Positions 51,401 to 64,000 of a DNA stretch of 64,000 nt are shown here, piece after piece (position 1 is the first letter of the stretch; each line of letters opens with the position of its first letter). The notes below the pieces were generated by a model. That model ran no database searches. It was not told the origin of the DNA and saw only the letters and a list, made by a program, of their open reading frames with translations. Position numbers and translations under genes: made by a program. The DNA comes from Marsupella aquatica (Eukaryota; Plantae; Marchantiophyta), in NCBI GenBank assembly GCA_973895155.1, contig OZ316898.1, positions 3,782,480-3,846,479 on the forward strand, read 5' to 3'.

Positions 51401-52864
51401 TCGTCTCCTGCATTGAATGTCTTAAGCCTTGAAAGTCTCCTGCCCTGTCATAGTCAAGAAGGCCCTAGATGTGTTACACACTTCTTTCCCTAGCATACCT
51501 TCCACTCTCATAAAAGACTCACCTTGGTGATGGAGATGTAGAGTCGACTACAGAAATTGTGGCAGATCTCAAGTCTTAAGAGTGGTATAGACATGAAGGA
51601 CCAACTTTGTTGTCTCGACCTCAGCAAACATGGAAAGTGCTCTCCAATGTGTGGTGATTATCAGCATTATCATCTGTGTATGTTTCCTAAAACCCATAGA
51701 ATGCTTTCAAGTCCATCATGTGTGGTAAAGGTATTTCTAGCAAACATATCATGGCTCTACTACAGTAGTCACAATAGTTGACAAACTTGCGGGTCTTCGG
51801 AGGAGCAAAGGAGAAAATTCTTCACCCTGGCAGAGTATAGGTTTGCGTCAAAATTCAATCAACCATGAAGATGTATTGGTCATTCGACTAGGTACAGACT
51901 CCATGTGTCCATATAGAAGACTCACTATGTCCATATAGAAGACTCACTAAGATATACAGCTCAGGTTAGGTTAGGAATCAAAGGTTCATGTTACAGCATT
52001 CATTGAATTATGATCACCAGTCTCGTCCTCTACATTTTTCCCCGGTGTGTACTTTGTGACCTAGGGGTCCTCCGAGGGGGTGGCAGTGGTACTGCGTGCC
52101 TCTGGTTTTTTTTTTTTCCCTCCCTTGCCTGCGTGCCCTGCTGGTCTTTGTTCTGGGTATTTTTTTCTGTCTCTTGGATTTGTATGTTTCTGTGCACTGC
52201 TGGTTTTAGCCGCGACGGCCTCTGAATACATTTGGTACACTATTGATCTCTATTTTTATCTTTTTTAATTTTGTCCCAGTCTCATTCTCTACTTTCCCGC
52301 GCGATCAATCCTGTGCTATCAATCTACCGTTCCCTTTCATGCCAGTTTCTGTAAATCGCAGGGAACGGAAAGAAACTTCTTGCCCAAGAAGTAGACACAA
52401 GAAGATCGCTTGACTAAATCAAACATTATGCCTAACGAATTCAACTTTGAAACAGCAGACAGATGCTCCATTTTATAGGCCTATTTGATGATACACTCTA
52501 TCAGCACCACTTCCCTTGCCCTTCAGAAAATCCAATAACATTCACAATACTTGGGAGAATCGTGGGAAGAGTTGGTGTGGCAGTCAAAATCAGCACACCG
52601 AATTGATGCACTAGTACAGATTTCTACTGTCTGGACAAAATCGTCCATATAGAGAGAGAGACGCAGTAATAAAACGAAATTTTGAGGGAAGAATCTCATA
52701 GCTGTTCCGTTGTGAGTGTACCCGAGATGGGCACACTCATAAAATACACTACCGAAACACTTTCTGGGTGGAGCGTCCCTCACATTGTATGCGTATGCAA
52801 GCTGAAACTCACGATGGGCTCTAATAATGTACACTTCGAAACAACGCTACAATCGAACGTAGAT

Positions 52865-55800
52865 TTAGATTGCCAAGTCCAATTGTAAAAATCCATCACC
52901 CTTCTCAACATCGAAGGTACTGAAAGCGCGTTCTCCTTCTCCCACTTTATCCACAGCGATGGTGTATTTACCATGATATCCACGAAACACTATTTCGCCA
53001 TTGCTATCAAGGTGACCTTCGAAGCTAGTGGTCCACTCTTTCTGTAGATCAATGAGACGCTGTCCGGCTACATTGATAGTACGGTCTGCATTTACTAGAC
53101 ATCCATTGTCTCTGGACATTGCACCCTCCATGAATCCCCACAGTAAGCTCCCCTGCACGGATGGATGTGCAAACGCCTCCCGAAGTACAACCTCGAGATC
53201 GTCTGCCCTTGCACTTTCATCAACAGAGGAGACGTCGATCTCCGTGAACCATATCGGAAGATCTAGTACGCTTAGCGTATCAAGAGACGAGGCGATGATG
53301 GATCCGATTGGCACTGTGAGATGGCCTTGAATGCCTATCGCTCCGACTTCGGCACCACTGTCTAGAAGAAATTTAACCATATCGACATACTTTTGAGGTG
53401 ACGTATTGCAATCATAATTATCTTCAACGTCGTATTCGTTGACAAATAAGATGGGCTTGGGATCCAGAGTATGGCACACTTTGAACAGATATGGCAAGAA
53501 GTCGCTTCCGAGCTTCTCCTCGTAGAAATCTCCGTGGAGCATCTCGTTGTTCACATCATAATGCTCAAATTGGCCTGTGTACCTGTTCATCACGTCACCG
53601 ACTCGGTCCTCAACGGCTGCGAGTAGCTCCATTCCATCCAACTCTTGCACCCAATCTGGCACTTGTTGGTCCACATCCCAGACCAGGCAATGGCCGCGCA
53701 TAGGGATACTGTTGCTGTTGCAGAATGCAACCATCTCATCAGCGTTTCTGTACCTCTCGTCTCCCTCATCTGGTTCTACCTGATCCCACTTCAATTCGTT
53801 CTCGAATACGGCCCAGTTGAAGTGTTTTAAGAAAAATTTCGTGTACCACTCATCCTCAAGACTGTCGTGATTAATGCACGACCCCAAAGGAAAGCTGTTC
53901 GCTGACTGTGTCACATTGATTTTCGTACCTGGAGGTAGGGAACAACCCTCAGAGTCTCGCAGCGTCACTATGACGTCTCGTTTGCGAATCTCCTCTGCTT
54001 GTTTCTGTAGTAGAGGTACTCTAGCCAACCGATCGACAGCAAATACGTGCAGCCCTGCCAGCTTGATATCAATTCCCTTCGCAGGGCCCTGAAGGTAAAC
54101 CTGAACTTGCTGTGGCGGCGTCTCAAGCCTAAATGAGCCTTGAATCTGAATCCAGTCTAACCCTACCTTCGCCTCACCCCCTTGCACCCATTCTCCATCA
54201 ACATCAAGGCACACGTCCACCTCACAAGTTCCAAAAGGCAGGCTCGTGGCGACCCACGCAAAAATTTGATAAACTTGGAAAAGTTGCACCTCATCTGTGA
54301 TGTCTTGACATGGTCCCATGAAACTGTCGGTGCGATTTGAGCAATAGACATACTTCCCACTTAAGATTGGCTCGTCGGAGTTCACTAAGGAGTTCCTCAC
54401 AGCGTCACTCACAGTCGTGGGGCCTCCAGATTGAATGCTTAAGTTGCAATCTCCCATGGGATACCAGTACTCTAGCCCACTTACAAAATCACTGTTCTTA
54501 ACAATATTCACTTCAAAGTAGTCGTCCTGCAGCGAAGTGAAAATCATCCGGTTAGAAATGGTCCAGTAATGAGAACCCGAGCTTCACTTACGAGAAAGCT
54601 GGTGCAGCAAGAAGGTTCAACTTGAGCAGTCCAGCAGAAATTTAATTATGGCCAATTATTGATGGTGAGAATTTGGCAATGGAGCAGGGTCAGAGTGTGG
54701 ACTATTCTGCACGACGACAACTACGGACATGGAGCACTGAAGCATTGGAGGCTCATGGAGACTTCGAAGAGAGACACAAAGACACGAAAACCTCGGTGCG
54801 TCCTCAACATCAATTAACATGTGATGTGAACATAAGCTCACGTCACTACAAGAAGACCTTAGACTAAGTTTCGATCCACATTTAGCACCACTCAACCAGT
54901 CAAGAGTGTTTAGTGTTGCTGAATCAGAAAAACGCAGAGTTTTCAGGCAAGTTGCCTGCTGCCAGCGTTTGAAATTTCCCAAATCGAAACGGAGCGCTAA
55001 CATTTATGCAAGTTCAGGTCCAAAAACAAAAGACTCCGAAGCAGCCCAATATATTAGAATAGCATGGAATGGGAAAGGAGTTATAAAAACTGCCTCGCTG
55101 GAGCAGACGGCAGAGATAGAAGAGGAAGCTAGACAAGAAACAGCAACAGACGGAGGCAAAGAGTATGATAGAAAAGAAGGAGAAATATCATGACTGTCAA
55201 ATTCGGAGGGGTAGTAGATAATTGGAAAGCAAGATCGAAGCATTTGTGCCTCCTAGGGATGAAAGAGACGGCGGGGAGGGGGTGAAAACGCGCAATCAAA
55301 TATGAGGCACGTATTTGGAGTTGAGAGACTAGAACAATGCGAAGAAGTCTGAATCCAAACGAAGAAATAAGGAGAACGATAAGGGAAAGAGCAAGTCACA
55401 ATGTGCCAAGAGTCAATAAGTTCCAGACGATCTAAAACAAGTCGTACTGCATTCGCTGGAGGTAATTTGGAATCGTCACGGGAGCACGTAGGACAGGGAG
55501 ACAGAGCATGAGCGCAGAATACGGGAGAGAACTCGAACGTGGCAGAGAGGGCTGAGGTGATAGGGGATGAAGGGAGAGATTTTCAGTTAGATCGGTCTCA
55601 TTCAACACGGGATTTCATCGCTCTGGGGGAATTAGAAAGTGGAAACGACAGAATCTAATATCCTTGGTGGCTATGGCGATCGGAGATAATCAAGCTGAGA
55701 CAATCTAATAGCCTTGGTGGAGGTTTGGAGGGGACCATCGTTTACTGTTACGAACACCTCCATTGACTGAAGAAAGATATTAAGAAATTGAAGTGAAGAG

Positions 55801-57568
55801 AAGAAAGCGAACTGCTGGAAGAGATTGAGACCAAATGAGTACCCCCAGATAGCAGAAATGAAGGAAAGGGATATTGACTGCACAGGACCTGCAAGATAAG
55901 GAAGGTTAACAACTTATTGGAAGAAGTACAAGACTGAGGTAGAGCGGCAGCCAGTAAACGACAGATCCCTGTATCGGCCTAAAAGAGAGCTTCAAACTAA
56001 TTCATGTACATTTAAGTCTTGAGCGATTTCGGCTTGATACCCCGGTCACCCTCGTAATTCTACAAGAGGGCCAATTCGATAATAGATTCAATTTAAACTA
56101 AAGACGAGAGGCTCATTGTTATGTTCAAGGAATCAAATTGTCTTCTCTGCAGGGAATTTTGGTAGCACTCGAACGCTAAAACGAATTTTCGTTAGGAACC
56201 AAATGAATCACAGCAGATTGACTCTTGACTCAATTTTGAAATTGCCCGCTTGCGAGTTGGGATTTTCCTCGATTTAGTAAGTCTGCGCCTACAGCAACAG
56301 AAAGAATAAGTCCATTTGAGCTTCAGAATGAACAGTGAGTGAACGTACACGAAGACGGCTGGCCACTTCGTTGCTCAGCCTAGTGTCCGCGATCGGAAAC
56401 TGATTAAGTTGGTTCTCGATGTCCACACTGCGCTTCGTTGTCGAAGTCCGGACGACGGCAACGCTGCTGACCAGGATATCGAAACCCCCATCCGGACCAT
56501 CGATGTACAGAGTCGCATCGCATGGCAGGTCACTGCCTTGAAGAGTTCCAGTCAGTAGACACCACTGTCCCTTTTTCACTTCTATGCTGCAAATCACATC
56601 AGAAGAAATTACGATTCAGTTCTGAAAAACACTACCACCTGGGGATTTGGACTTGGCAGAAACTTAGGCAATCTTATGTAGGCAGAAGATTTGGACACTA
56701 CATAAAAGTCAATTTCGGGGCGTCAACGGTTGAAATTGGACGTGAATGATAGGACATCGTTACCAATTCTTGTATAATTTGGGCTTGGACATGAAACGAG
56801 CTATACTTGGGAAGTCTTCACCAGACTTGGAAAATTAAATTACACAGCAAAATTAGCTTCGGAAACCTTCAGAAGCAGAATGAGGCATGAACGAAGGAAT
56901 GAATGCATGCAATTGATTCACAGGACCCGAAATGGGCCATAGAACCAACAACGAACTAAATTTCAACGATGCATGAGTACGAGTCGGACACCGCATGAGG
57001 AGGGTAGAAACCGCACAGTAGGGGAAAATCAAAGAGCAATAATGGATGAGACCGATTTGACAAGCGCAATGCAGAGGGGAAAGACATTGTAACGTAATTC
57101 AAGGAACCTGCTTATCAGGACGGATTCCTCGCCACCACCATCTCTAGTCGCCTTCACGGTGGCGTGGACCAGTGCCTGCTCCTGCTCGGCGCCCTGACTG
57201 CTACTGCGAATCCCCACCCACGCTTCCACTCGGTACGAGACCCCGGCTTCCAGCCTCTTTCCAATCTCTTGGGCGAGACCGTGGCGCTTTTCGCTGCGCC
57301 CATGAGCAACGCAATAGTAGCTCGACGCGTCGTCGTCGATACTTCCCACAGACAGCGAGCATTCCTCTCCAAACCAGCCTCTCGTCCCATCCGAGAACCT
57401 AGGGTTGATGATGATATTGTACTGCAACTCGGCATCAGGAATGTCGTCCCCCGCTTGCTTCAAGGTAATGTATCCTTGGCCGGGGTTCAGCCACCTCGTA
57501 TCCACAAAATTCCCGAGCCATCGCAGTCCTTCTACCGCTATGTCCAAGCAAATCTCCGTGCAGCACAT
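52865..57568 (-). CDS. Second GH10 endo-1,4-beta-xylanase, two CBM22 modules, ~786 aa, 3 exons
   Basis: Exons 57568-57108, 56586-56349 and 54526-52865 are GT-AG and in frame. Motifs MRGHCLVW, YDVNNEM and WFTEID. The start codon and the exon-2 donor are less certain. Confidence 0.88.
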
Positions 57569-59509
57569 TTCAAACTACTCGAATGAATTCTCAGCCTTTG
57601 ACTGTCTGACTGACTGACTGACTGAGAAATCTCTCTGTTCGAGGTGCGAAATCGATCGATTCTCTGGTAACAAGAATGATGCTGGACTAAGTTTTCTCCA
57701 GCTGCTCGAGAATTCGTTTGCCTCTGTTGCATTGAGTTTTTGTACCGAATGCCTTCACGTGGATTCCTCTCGGATTTCGACGACAATAACTTCTTCCTTC
57801 TGCTCTAAAAACTGTTCTTCGAGTTTCGATCTACTTTTCGATTTGAGCATCGTGGACTACTGTGCCTTAACTCACGGATTATTACTATTCAATCCTTTCC
57901 GTGTAAAGCTTCTTGACCGATCACCTTTGTGACGAGCAAAAGGACAGCTTCTCTCCAACTTTTGAGCAACGAGTGAGAAACGATGATTAAGCAAATTCTT
58001 CTTCATAATTACTACTTTCAATAATTCAATTCTAGGACTTTGACAGTTCATATGATCTTACTTTAAATTTTACGTTTATGTAGAACTTTATTACTCGGAC
58101 AAATACTACATCCAGCAAAATTTAACGGTTAGGGGACTTGATTGACCGAATTTTTTCCTCATATGAAACCCAATTTGGTTCTCCTTAATCAATTGGAACC
58201 GAATTTTGATGCTGCTATACGGTAACCACATAAAATTTTGATGCTATATGGTATTCACTTTTCAGATTTTGTCTTGTTCTTATTTTTGGTTTTGTAGGTT
58301 TATTTCAATGTGCCTTAACAAGTGCATTTTTGTAGTATGTAGGTTTTGAAATAATTCTGGGACCCCTTCAATTTTCTGTTTGCTATCGTAGAGTGTTTCT
58401 TTTGGCACCCAGCTTAGCTACGAAAACAATCCCTTTCAATGACTTTGTACCACTTGAGAGAAGTTGTTTTTCTTCTCATGAGTGAGAACAACCATTCTGA
58501 GCTCTTAGGGAGGAATCTAAAGGCAATCTACATGTACCATGACAATCCATGGTCAAGGACTCTACGCACTCAGGGAAGAATCTAAAGCCAACCTCATAGT
58601 TTCTCGTGGAACCTGGTTGAAATGTGACGACTCTACAATAATAGTGAAAGAGTGTAACCTCGTTGATTTGTTACTGATCTATCATGATGATGAAAGAGTG
58701 ACTAGGACTCAGAATTTGCCTATTCAGCAGGTAATATTCAAATGATGAGAAGGAAACAAGAGTACTTTTTGACTTCCTGAGGAATCCTATTATGAGCATT
58801 CAAATGATGAGCTTAGTTAAATATATTGAAAATCATTCATGAGTCTCAAGGGACAGGATTTTGGACATGTGTCTCTAACACGTGAAATCCCTGTCCACGC
58901 CTGGACTGCCACGTTTCAGCAAGATAGCTGTAAGCCCCGCTGTCAGCCCAGAGTGAGGGTGGAGGGCGTAGAGACAAGACTACAAGGGTGTCTCCTTGGG
59001 CCCACGATCACTGTGCGCATTTAGCTGACCATGAAGTGGAGCTTTATCGATGGCTTTACAAAGCTTTCAGGGCACTTGTGATTTTTTTTACCAAAACAAA
59101 AGGGGCTCCACATCAATGCATATGAGCTTATTTTGTAAGGTTTTTAATTTTAGCCAGTGTGGCGAATGTGAGTTCTAAGGGAGGAGATCCAGGAATATTA
59201 TTTTCCTAGATTACATCCTGACCATCAGATATCCTTAGATTTAAGAAAGACCTTTAGATTCTTGTAAAAGCCAAAAGCTGTTTCCACTCACTATGTGGTC
59301 CAGATCTAATGGTTGAGAGAGTAAAAATAAGCAATGCACCGGCCACCACATTCTGGGCACCCACCCTTACTAAATGGAGTAAGATATATGGTCCATGTGA
59401 GTGACTGTTACTATTCAACTACCAGGCTACAATTGTCATCAAGTTGTGGCAGAATGATGTTCCTCCAGATTGCCTTGGCGAAAGTGGCTGCTCAAGTGAC
59501 AGCATAGGG

Positions 59510-60030
59510 ATATATATCACAGCCCCAAGGGCAAAAAATGCCGAACCGGGAGACATGATCCCAAAGGCAAAACAACCCAATGAAGAGAAGGAAAAGAGGG
59601 GAAAGGGCCCCAAGAAAAATAAGCCACGGGGACCCAAGCAAAAGCCAACAAAAACCAGACAAAAAAGATCAGAGACCAAAAAACGGTGGACACAATTCAG
59701 GACGGGATTGGAGCCGGCCACATGCGCGGCCACAAAACCCGGAGGAGGCCAGGGGGGCACAAGGTCACTCCCGGCAAGTGACCTCCCAACGGTGAGGCGC
59801 ACCAGCCAGCATTAATGCCTCCCACCCTGCGGGAAGGCCCTCCAAGAAAGGGGGGCGCACACATGCGCTCCCCCACCCAGACCCCTCCGCCTCCTTCCGC
59901 CTCCCACTGCCTCCGCCATGCTCGAACCTTGGCCCACCTCCGAGCCTCCTTCTGCCTCCAATTCGTCATATCTTGTAAACTTCCCTAAGAACATTCCCTT
60001 GGGTCGTTGGGAATGCCTGGCCAGGGCCTA
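59510..60030 (-). mobile_element. Probable L1-like LINE 3' end fragment
   Basis: Frameshifted C-terminus-like peptide (...RAWRRQWEAEGGGGVW...) followed by a T-rich 3'UTR-like tract on the minus strand. No TSD found. Confidence 0.35.
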
Positions 60031-60914
60031 ATTTGGTGCTCAGTTCAAGGCAAACATAATTTGGATACCCACCAGACCTATGTATTCTTCTAGAATGGGA
60101 TCAGTGTTATTTACTCAAGGTCTAGGGTTACGACATGTAACCATAGTTAGGCTAACCGTAGTTAGAGATGTGATTATGTTAACTAGGATGCACACTAGAT
60201 GCCAAGCGTTGTTGCTTGGATAAGTGAAACTAAGGCTCATTGTTATGAAGCCACTTGAGAGATGAGGAGAGCTTACACTGTGGAGACTTGGTATGGTCAA
60301 CGGGTTTAGAGTTTAGTAAAGTTCTCTTGTGTGTCCCGTGGACGTGGCCTCAAGGAGGTGAACCACGTATCTCTTGTGTTGATTGTTGAACTAAGACGTC
60401 ATTCGCAACGACCATACAACCATGACTTATTCCATGCACACGTAGTCGACACAATCTCTACGTGGTTCACCTCTTCTCCAAGGCTACGTCCACACAAACA
60501 CTCAAGCTTTACTTCAAGAGTAAACGAACACACATGCTCTCCCTCTTCCTCAAGTTGCTCCGTTACAAAAATGAGTAAGCACCACTCACCAGCGGCTTAC
60601 ACTAGCCCATATACAAGGTCACACACGACTAACCTAACCTCAGCTAAGACCCTAACTGTGGTTAGCCTAAGTGCCGTAACCTTTGAGTCACAAGACTAAG
60701 AGCAATCCTTAACATTGACTACTTGCATGTTGGATGTGTCATGTGCTTACCATTGTGAATGTCATCTATGCTCAACAATCGGGGCCTGCCAGATTTTTCC
60801 TCCCACCTGCCAGTTCTGGCGAGTTGAATCACATAACAATACCCAGGTCGACATATTTACCTAAAGCACTGGACAGAGACGTTTGCACCATTGCAAGACA
60901 GGCGGACGGTCTTC

Positions 60915-61130
60915 AAAGCACCTAAAATGATGAAAGTTGTGGTAGACTGTAACAATCAAGTGCAAGACTGTGCATTGTCACAAATGCAATTTTATGCGTG
61001 TGAGACACCGTCGAACGCAAAAACTCCATGTTACAAAAGCATGATCGACATTTCCCACTGTTTTTTAGAATACTGTGCACCCAACAACTTTGATATCATG
61101 GCAGACACAGGCAAAGCCAAGTCAATGCCT
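60915..61130 (+). mobile_element. Highly degenerate Ty1/Copia RNase H remnant
   Basis: VDCNNQ ... MIDISHCFL ... MADT resemble Copia CDNQ ... HIDIxYHF ... ADIxTK motifs. Confidence 0.35.
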
Positions 61131-63279
61131 TCCCAATACGTACTGAAAGGGCAATTGGTGGGACAGGTCTCCTCAATTCTAGAGGGTTGTCTCAACAATG
61201 TGAGACCAGATGACTGAGACACCTGTCGAATCATAAGTGTTCCCATGTGAGAGAGTGTGGCAGTGGGAGGATGGGGATGCGAGAGAAACCACCAAAAGGG
61301 CATTCTAGGGAAGGGAATCCAAGGAAGGGAATCCCCAATTGTTGGTTATAACAGAGTGAAGGGTTGTTCCGCTTGTGTACCATTCACAAGGGGGACCGCT
61401 AGTTTTAGGGTTGAGTACAAGTTGGCTTTCCATATTAATAGGAGCACATTCTGTACATACCATTGCATTCAGGCTTGCATCAAGATTTGTATGCATTCGG
61501 GCTTCATCGCTTGGTTCTGGCAGTGTATTTGGGTGACTTGCAAATTTAGCCAACGATCGCCAAGACAATCACTCATTTTTTTGGTCAATGGCTCCTCAAA
61601 CTCGATAGGCTGCAGCCACTGCGACAAAGGATGTTTGCAAGTCACTTCTTGTTTGAAGGGGAAGATGGTGCCATTATCATTTGATAATGATAATGATACT
61701 ACATCTGGATGGGAGATTGTTAAGCACTGTCTCAACAATAAGTGGACAACAGCCACCAAGTGAAAAGCCAGTTCATGATGAGGCGCCTTGTGACCAGCCA
61801 GTTAATAATGAGGAAGGACGTGCACAGCCAGCTCCTTGGCCAGCTCATGGAGAGGGTTCACTTCTAGCAGATGGTCGGGCTTTGTGGATGGATTTTTGGC
61901 ACCCAATGACAGAAGGGACTCTATGTGCAAAAGTGAAATAGCCAGAGAGTCAGAGAGCTCCAGAGGCAGAGGAGAAGGAAAGAGAGAAGGAAGCTCGAGG
62001 GGGTCAACACGGTAGTGATGGCAGCGTACGTGGGTGATTGCATGTTCTTTGACAGTTATTGTTGGTAGCAACACTCCGACTAGCTCCAGTTCAAGTTCAA
62101 CACTGTTATGCAGCTTCTAGGCATAGAGCATATAGATGCATTATAGGGATGGAGTTGGTTGTGGACAATCTTCCAGTGCTTCTAAGGTTTTTCATTTTGC
62201 AATACTTGTAGCTCAAATTTTGCCTCAATGCAAGCAAAAATGCATTTTAAAACTTAGTTACCAAATCAGCTTACATGATAAAGGGGATAGGGACGAGTTT
62301 TAAATGAGCAGGCCATGCTTGCATTCAACCTCAACTCAATGGGACAACTTATGTTTGAGCAGACTGTGTTCAGATTTTGAAGCATTTTGTAAATAAAAAG
62401 ACTGGAATGGTGGAATTCAATTTATATACTTTGTTCCAGTACATTTGAGGGCGTTCGGTTTGACTTGTTTGTCAATCTTCCTTGTTGCCTACATATTAAA
62501 ATGTATGCCCCTGCCCTTTTAAATACCACAAATGTACCACCAGATCATTTCTCAACATGAAATGACTCTCATTTGTCTTCAATTACCAGGGTTGCATTCA
62601 AGTATCCCCTTTGTCATGAACAGGCAGTCGTCTAGGGGGCGGTCTAGGGCAGATAGGAGCTTGCCAAGAATTTTACTCCTGCAGATGGGGCATCTGTGGA
62701 ACCGTTTGTTGGTTGACGTATCTGCAAAGGACACGAGGTACAATTAACTCGTTGCGCCACTGTTTGAAGTGGTCGGTCATTCAAAATTTATAGTTTTCTG
62801 TGGCAAGTGAGATAACTCAAATATGCATAGCAAAGATAAGCTAAGAGGACAAATAAAAATAAAACCAGGGCACAAAATGAAGGGAGAAGAATCCTTCTTG
62901 ACATTCCTCATCAATTTAGCAACTACAGTACTTACTTTTGATGTCCTCATTGTACTTGCAAGTACACTCTTTATCCCATCCCTCCCTAGCCATTGTCTTA
63001 TTTGTATTGACCCCTAGCCATTGTCTTATTTGCATTGACCCTTGCCTCAATGTACTCCTCATGTGCATGCAATGCAAGGACTAAGGAGAGTGTACACACC
63101 CACTCCCCCTGTTACTCATATAGAATCTTTTTATGAAAACAAATATACTTGGAAAAATTAAATATCTATTTGGATGAGAGAACAAGCTAGGGGTTGGGGG
63201 CCAAACTACTCTTGGGTGGGTGAGAGGGTTTAGGATATTTGACAACATTCTCCCACAATAAAGGATTGCGTCATTTTTT

Positions 63280-63620
63280 GGGCAACATAACATCTTTGCT
63301 CTTAATTACATTTTTTTTGACAATATCTTGGGTGACACAACATCTTTTTCTTTGCGACATCTTGGGTGCCATGACATTTTTTTTCTTAACAACATCTTGG
63401 TCGACACTGTAACATCTTTATCTTAACAACATCTTGGGCAATACAACATTTTTATCTTAACAGCATCTGACTTGGGGCCACACAACATCTTTTCTTTAAG
63501 GACATCTTGGGTGACATGACATATTTTTTCTTGACAACATCTTGGGCAAAACAACATTTTTTTTCTTAATGGCATCTTGGGTGACACATGACATCTTTTT
63601 TTCAAGTCATCTTGTGCAAG
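63280..63620. repeat. Minisatellite, ~33-bp degenerate unit (ACAACATCTTGGG(T/C)(G/A)ACACAACATCTTTTTT)
   Basis: Roughly ten CATCTTGGG-type units alternate with T-runs. Confidence 0.85.
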
Positions 63621-64000
63621 GCATGGGTATTGATGTAGTCCCACACTAATAAAACAGGAGGGTTGAGTAATCATATCCAGGCATTTTAACTATAGGACGC
63701 AAATTGATGTGATTGAGAGGAGGGGTAAAATCTAGGGTCTCGGAGAAACCCTTTGGGACATCTCAATGTTATAGTTTCATTTGAGCCATAGCATCAGACT
63801 GCAAAGATGCATTTTTAACAGTTTCAAGAAACATGATTAATTCATTTTTTGGACTGAAAATTGCCAGAAGCATGTCTTGGAAAACCCATCATTTGTATCA
63901 GATCAATTTTTACTATGTCCCAAATACTCTTCCTAGGCCAAACTTTAATAAAAGACATGCTCTCAACACTTATCATGTTACATCCAAGAACAAAGATTTA

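Noticed and set aside
51906-51949. 22-bp perfect tandem duplication (similar short duplications near 14702/14772 and 62985-63040)
   Set aside because: Ordinary slippage or repair duplications with no functional evidence.
60105-60714. Solo LTR (TGTTA...TAACA)
   Set aside because: No matching TSD and no second copy in the window.

Overview
Land-plant nuclear DNA, probably bryophyte: it has GT-AG introns, a moss-like PLS-DYW PPR gene and CBM22-GH10 xylanases. The standout feature is a 10.1-kb Ty3/Gypsy-like retroelement at 895-10994. Its single, now decayed polyprotein reads Gag (2 CCHC knuckles) - aspartic protease - C5 DNA-cytosine methyltransferase - RT - RNase H - DDE integrase - PHD finger. 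It has no ordinary LTR pair. Instead it carries split direct repeats (A1 ... B1-gc-A2-B2), an internal palindromic end-to-end junction (GACAGCTGTC), TGTC...GACA termini and a 4-bp TSD (TGGG). The rest of the window holds an SDR pseudogene, a 3-exon glycine-rich protein gene, a possible small secreted/membrane protein and a three-level nested insertion (tandem array < LINE/SINE tail < Mutator MITE). It also has two GH10 xylanase paralogs, a decayed mitochondrial HSP60 5' fragment directly ahead of an intact PPR-DYW gene, and several TE remnants and simple repeats. All calls are by eye from motifs; no database search was run.
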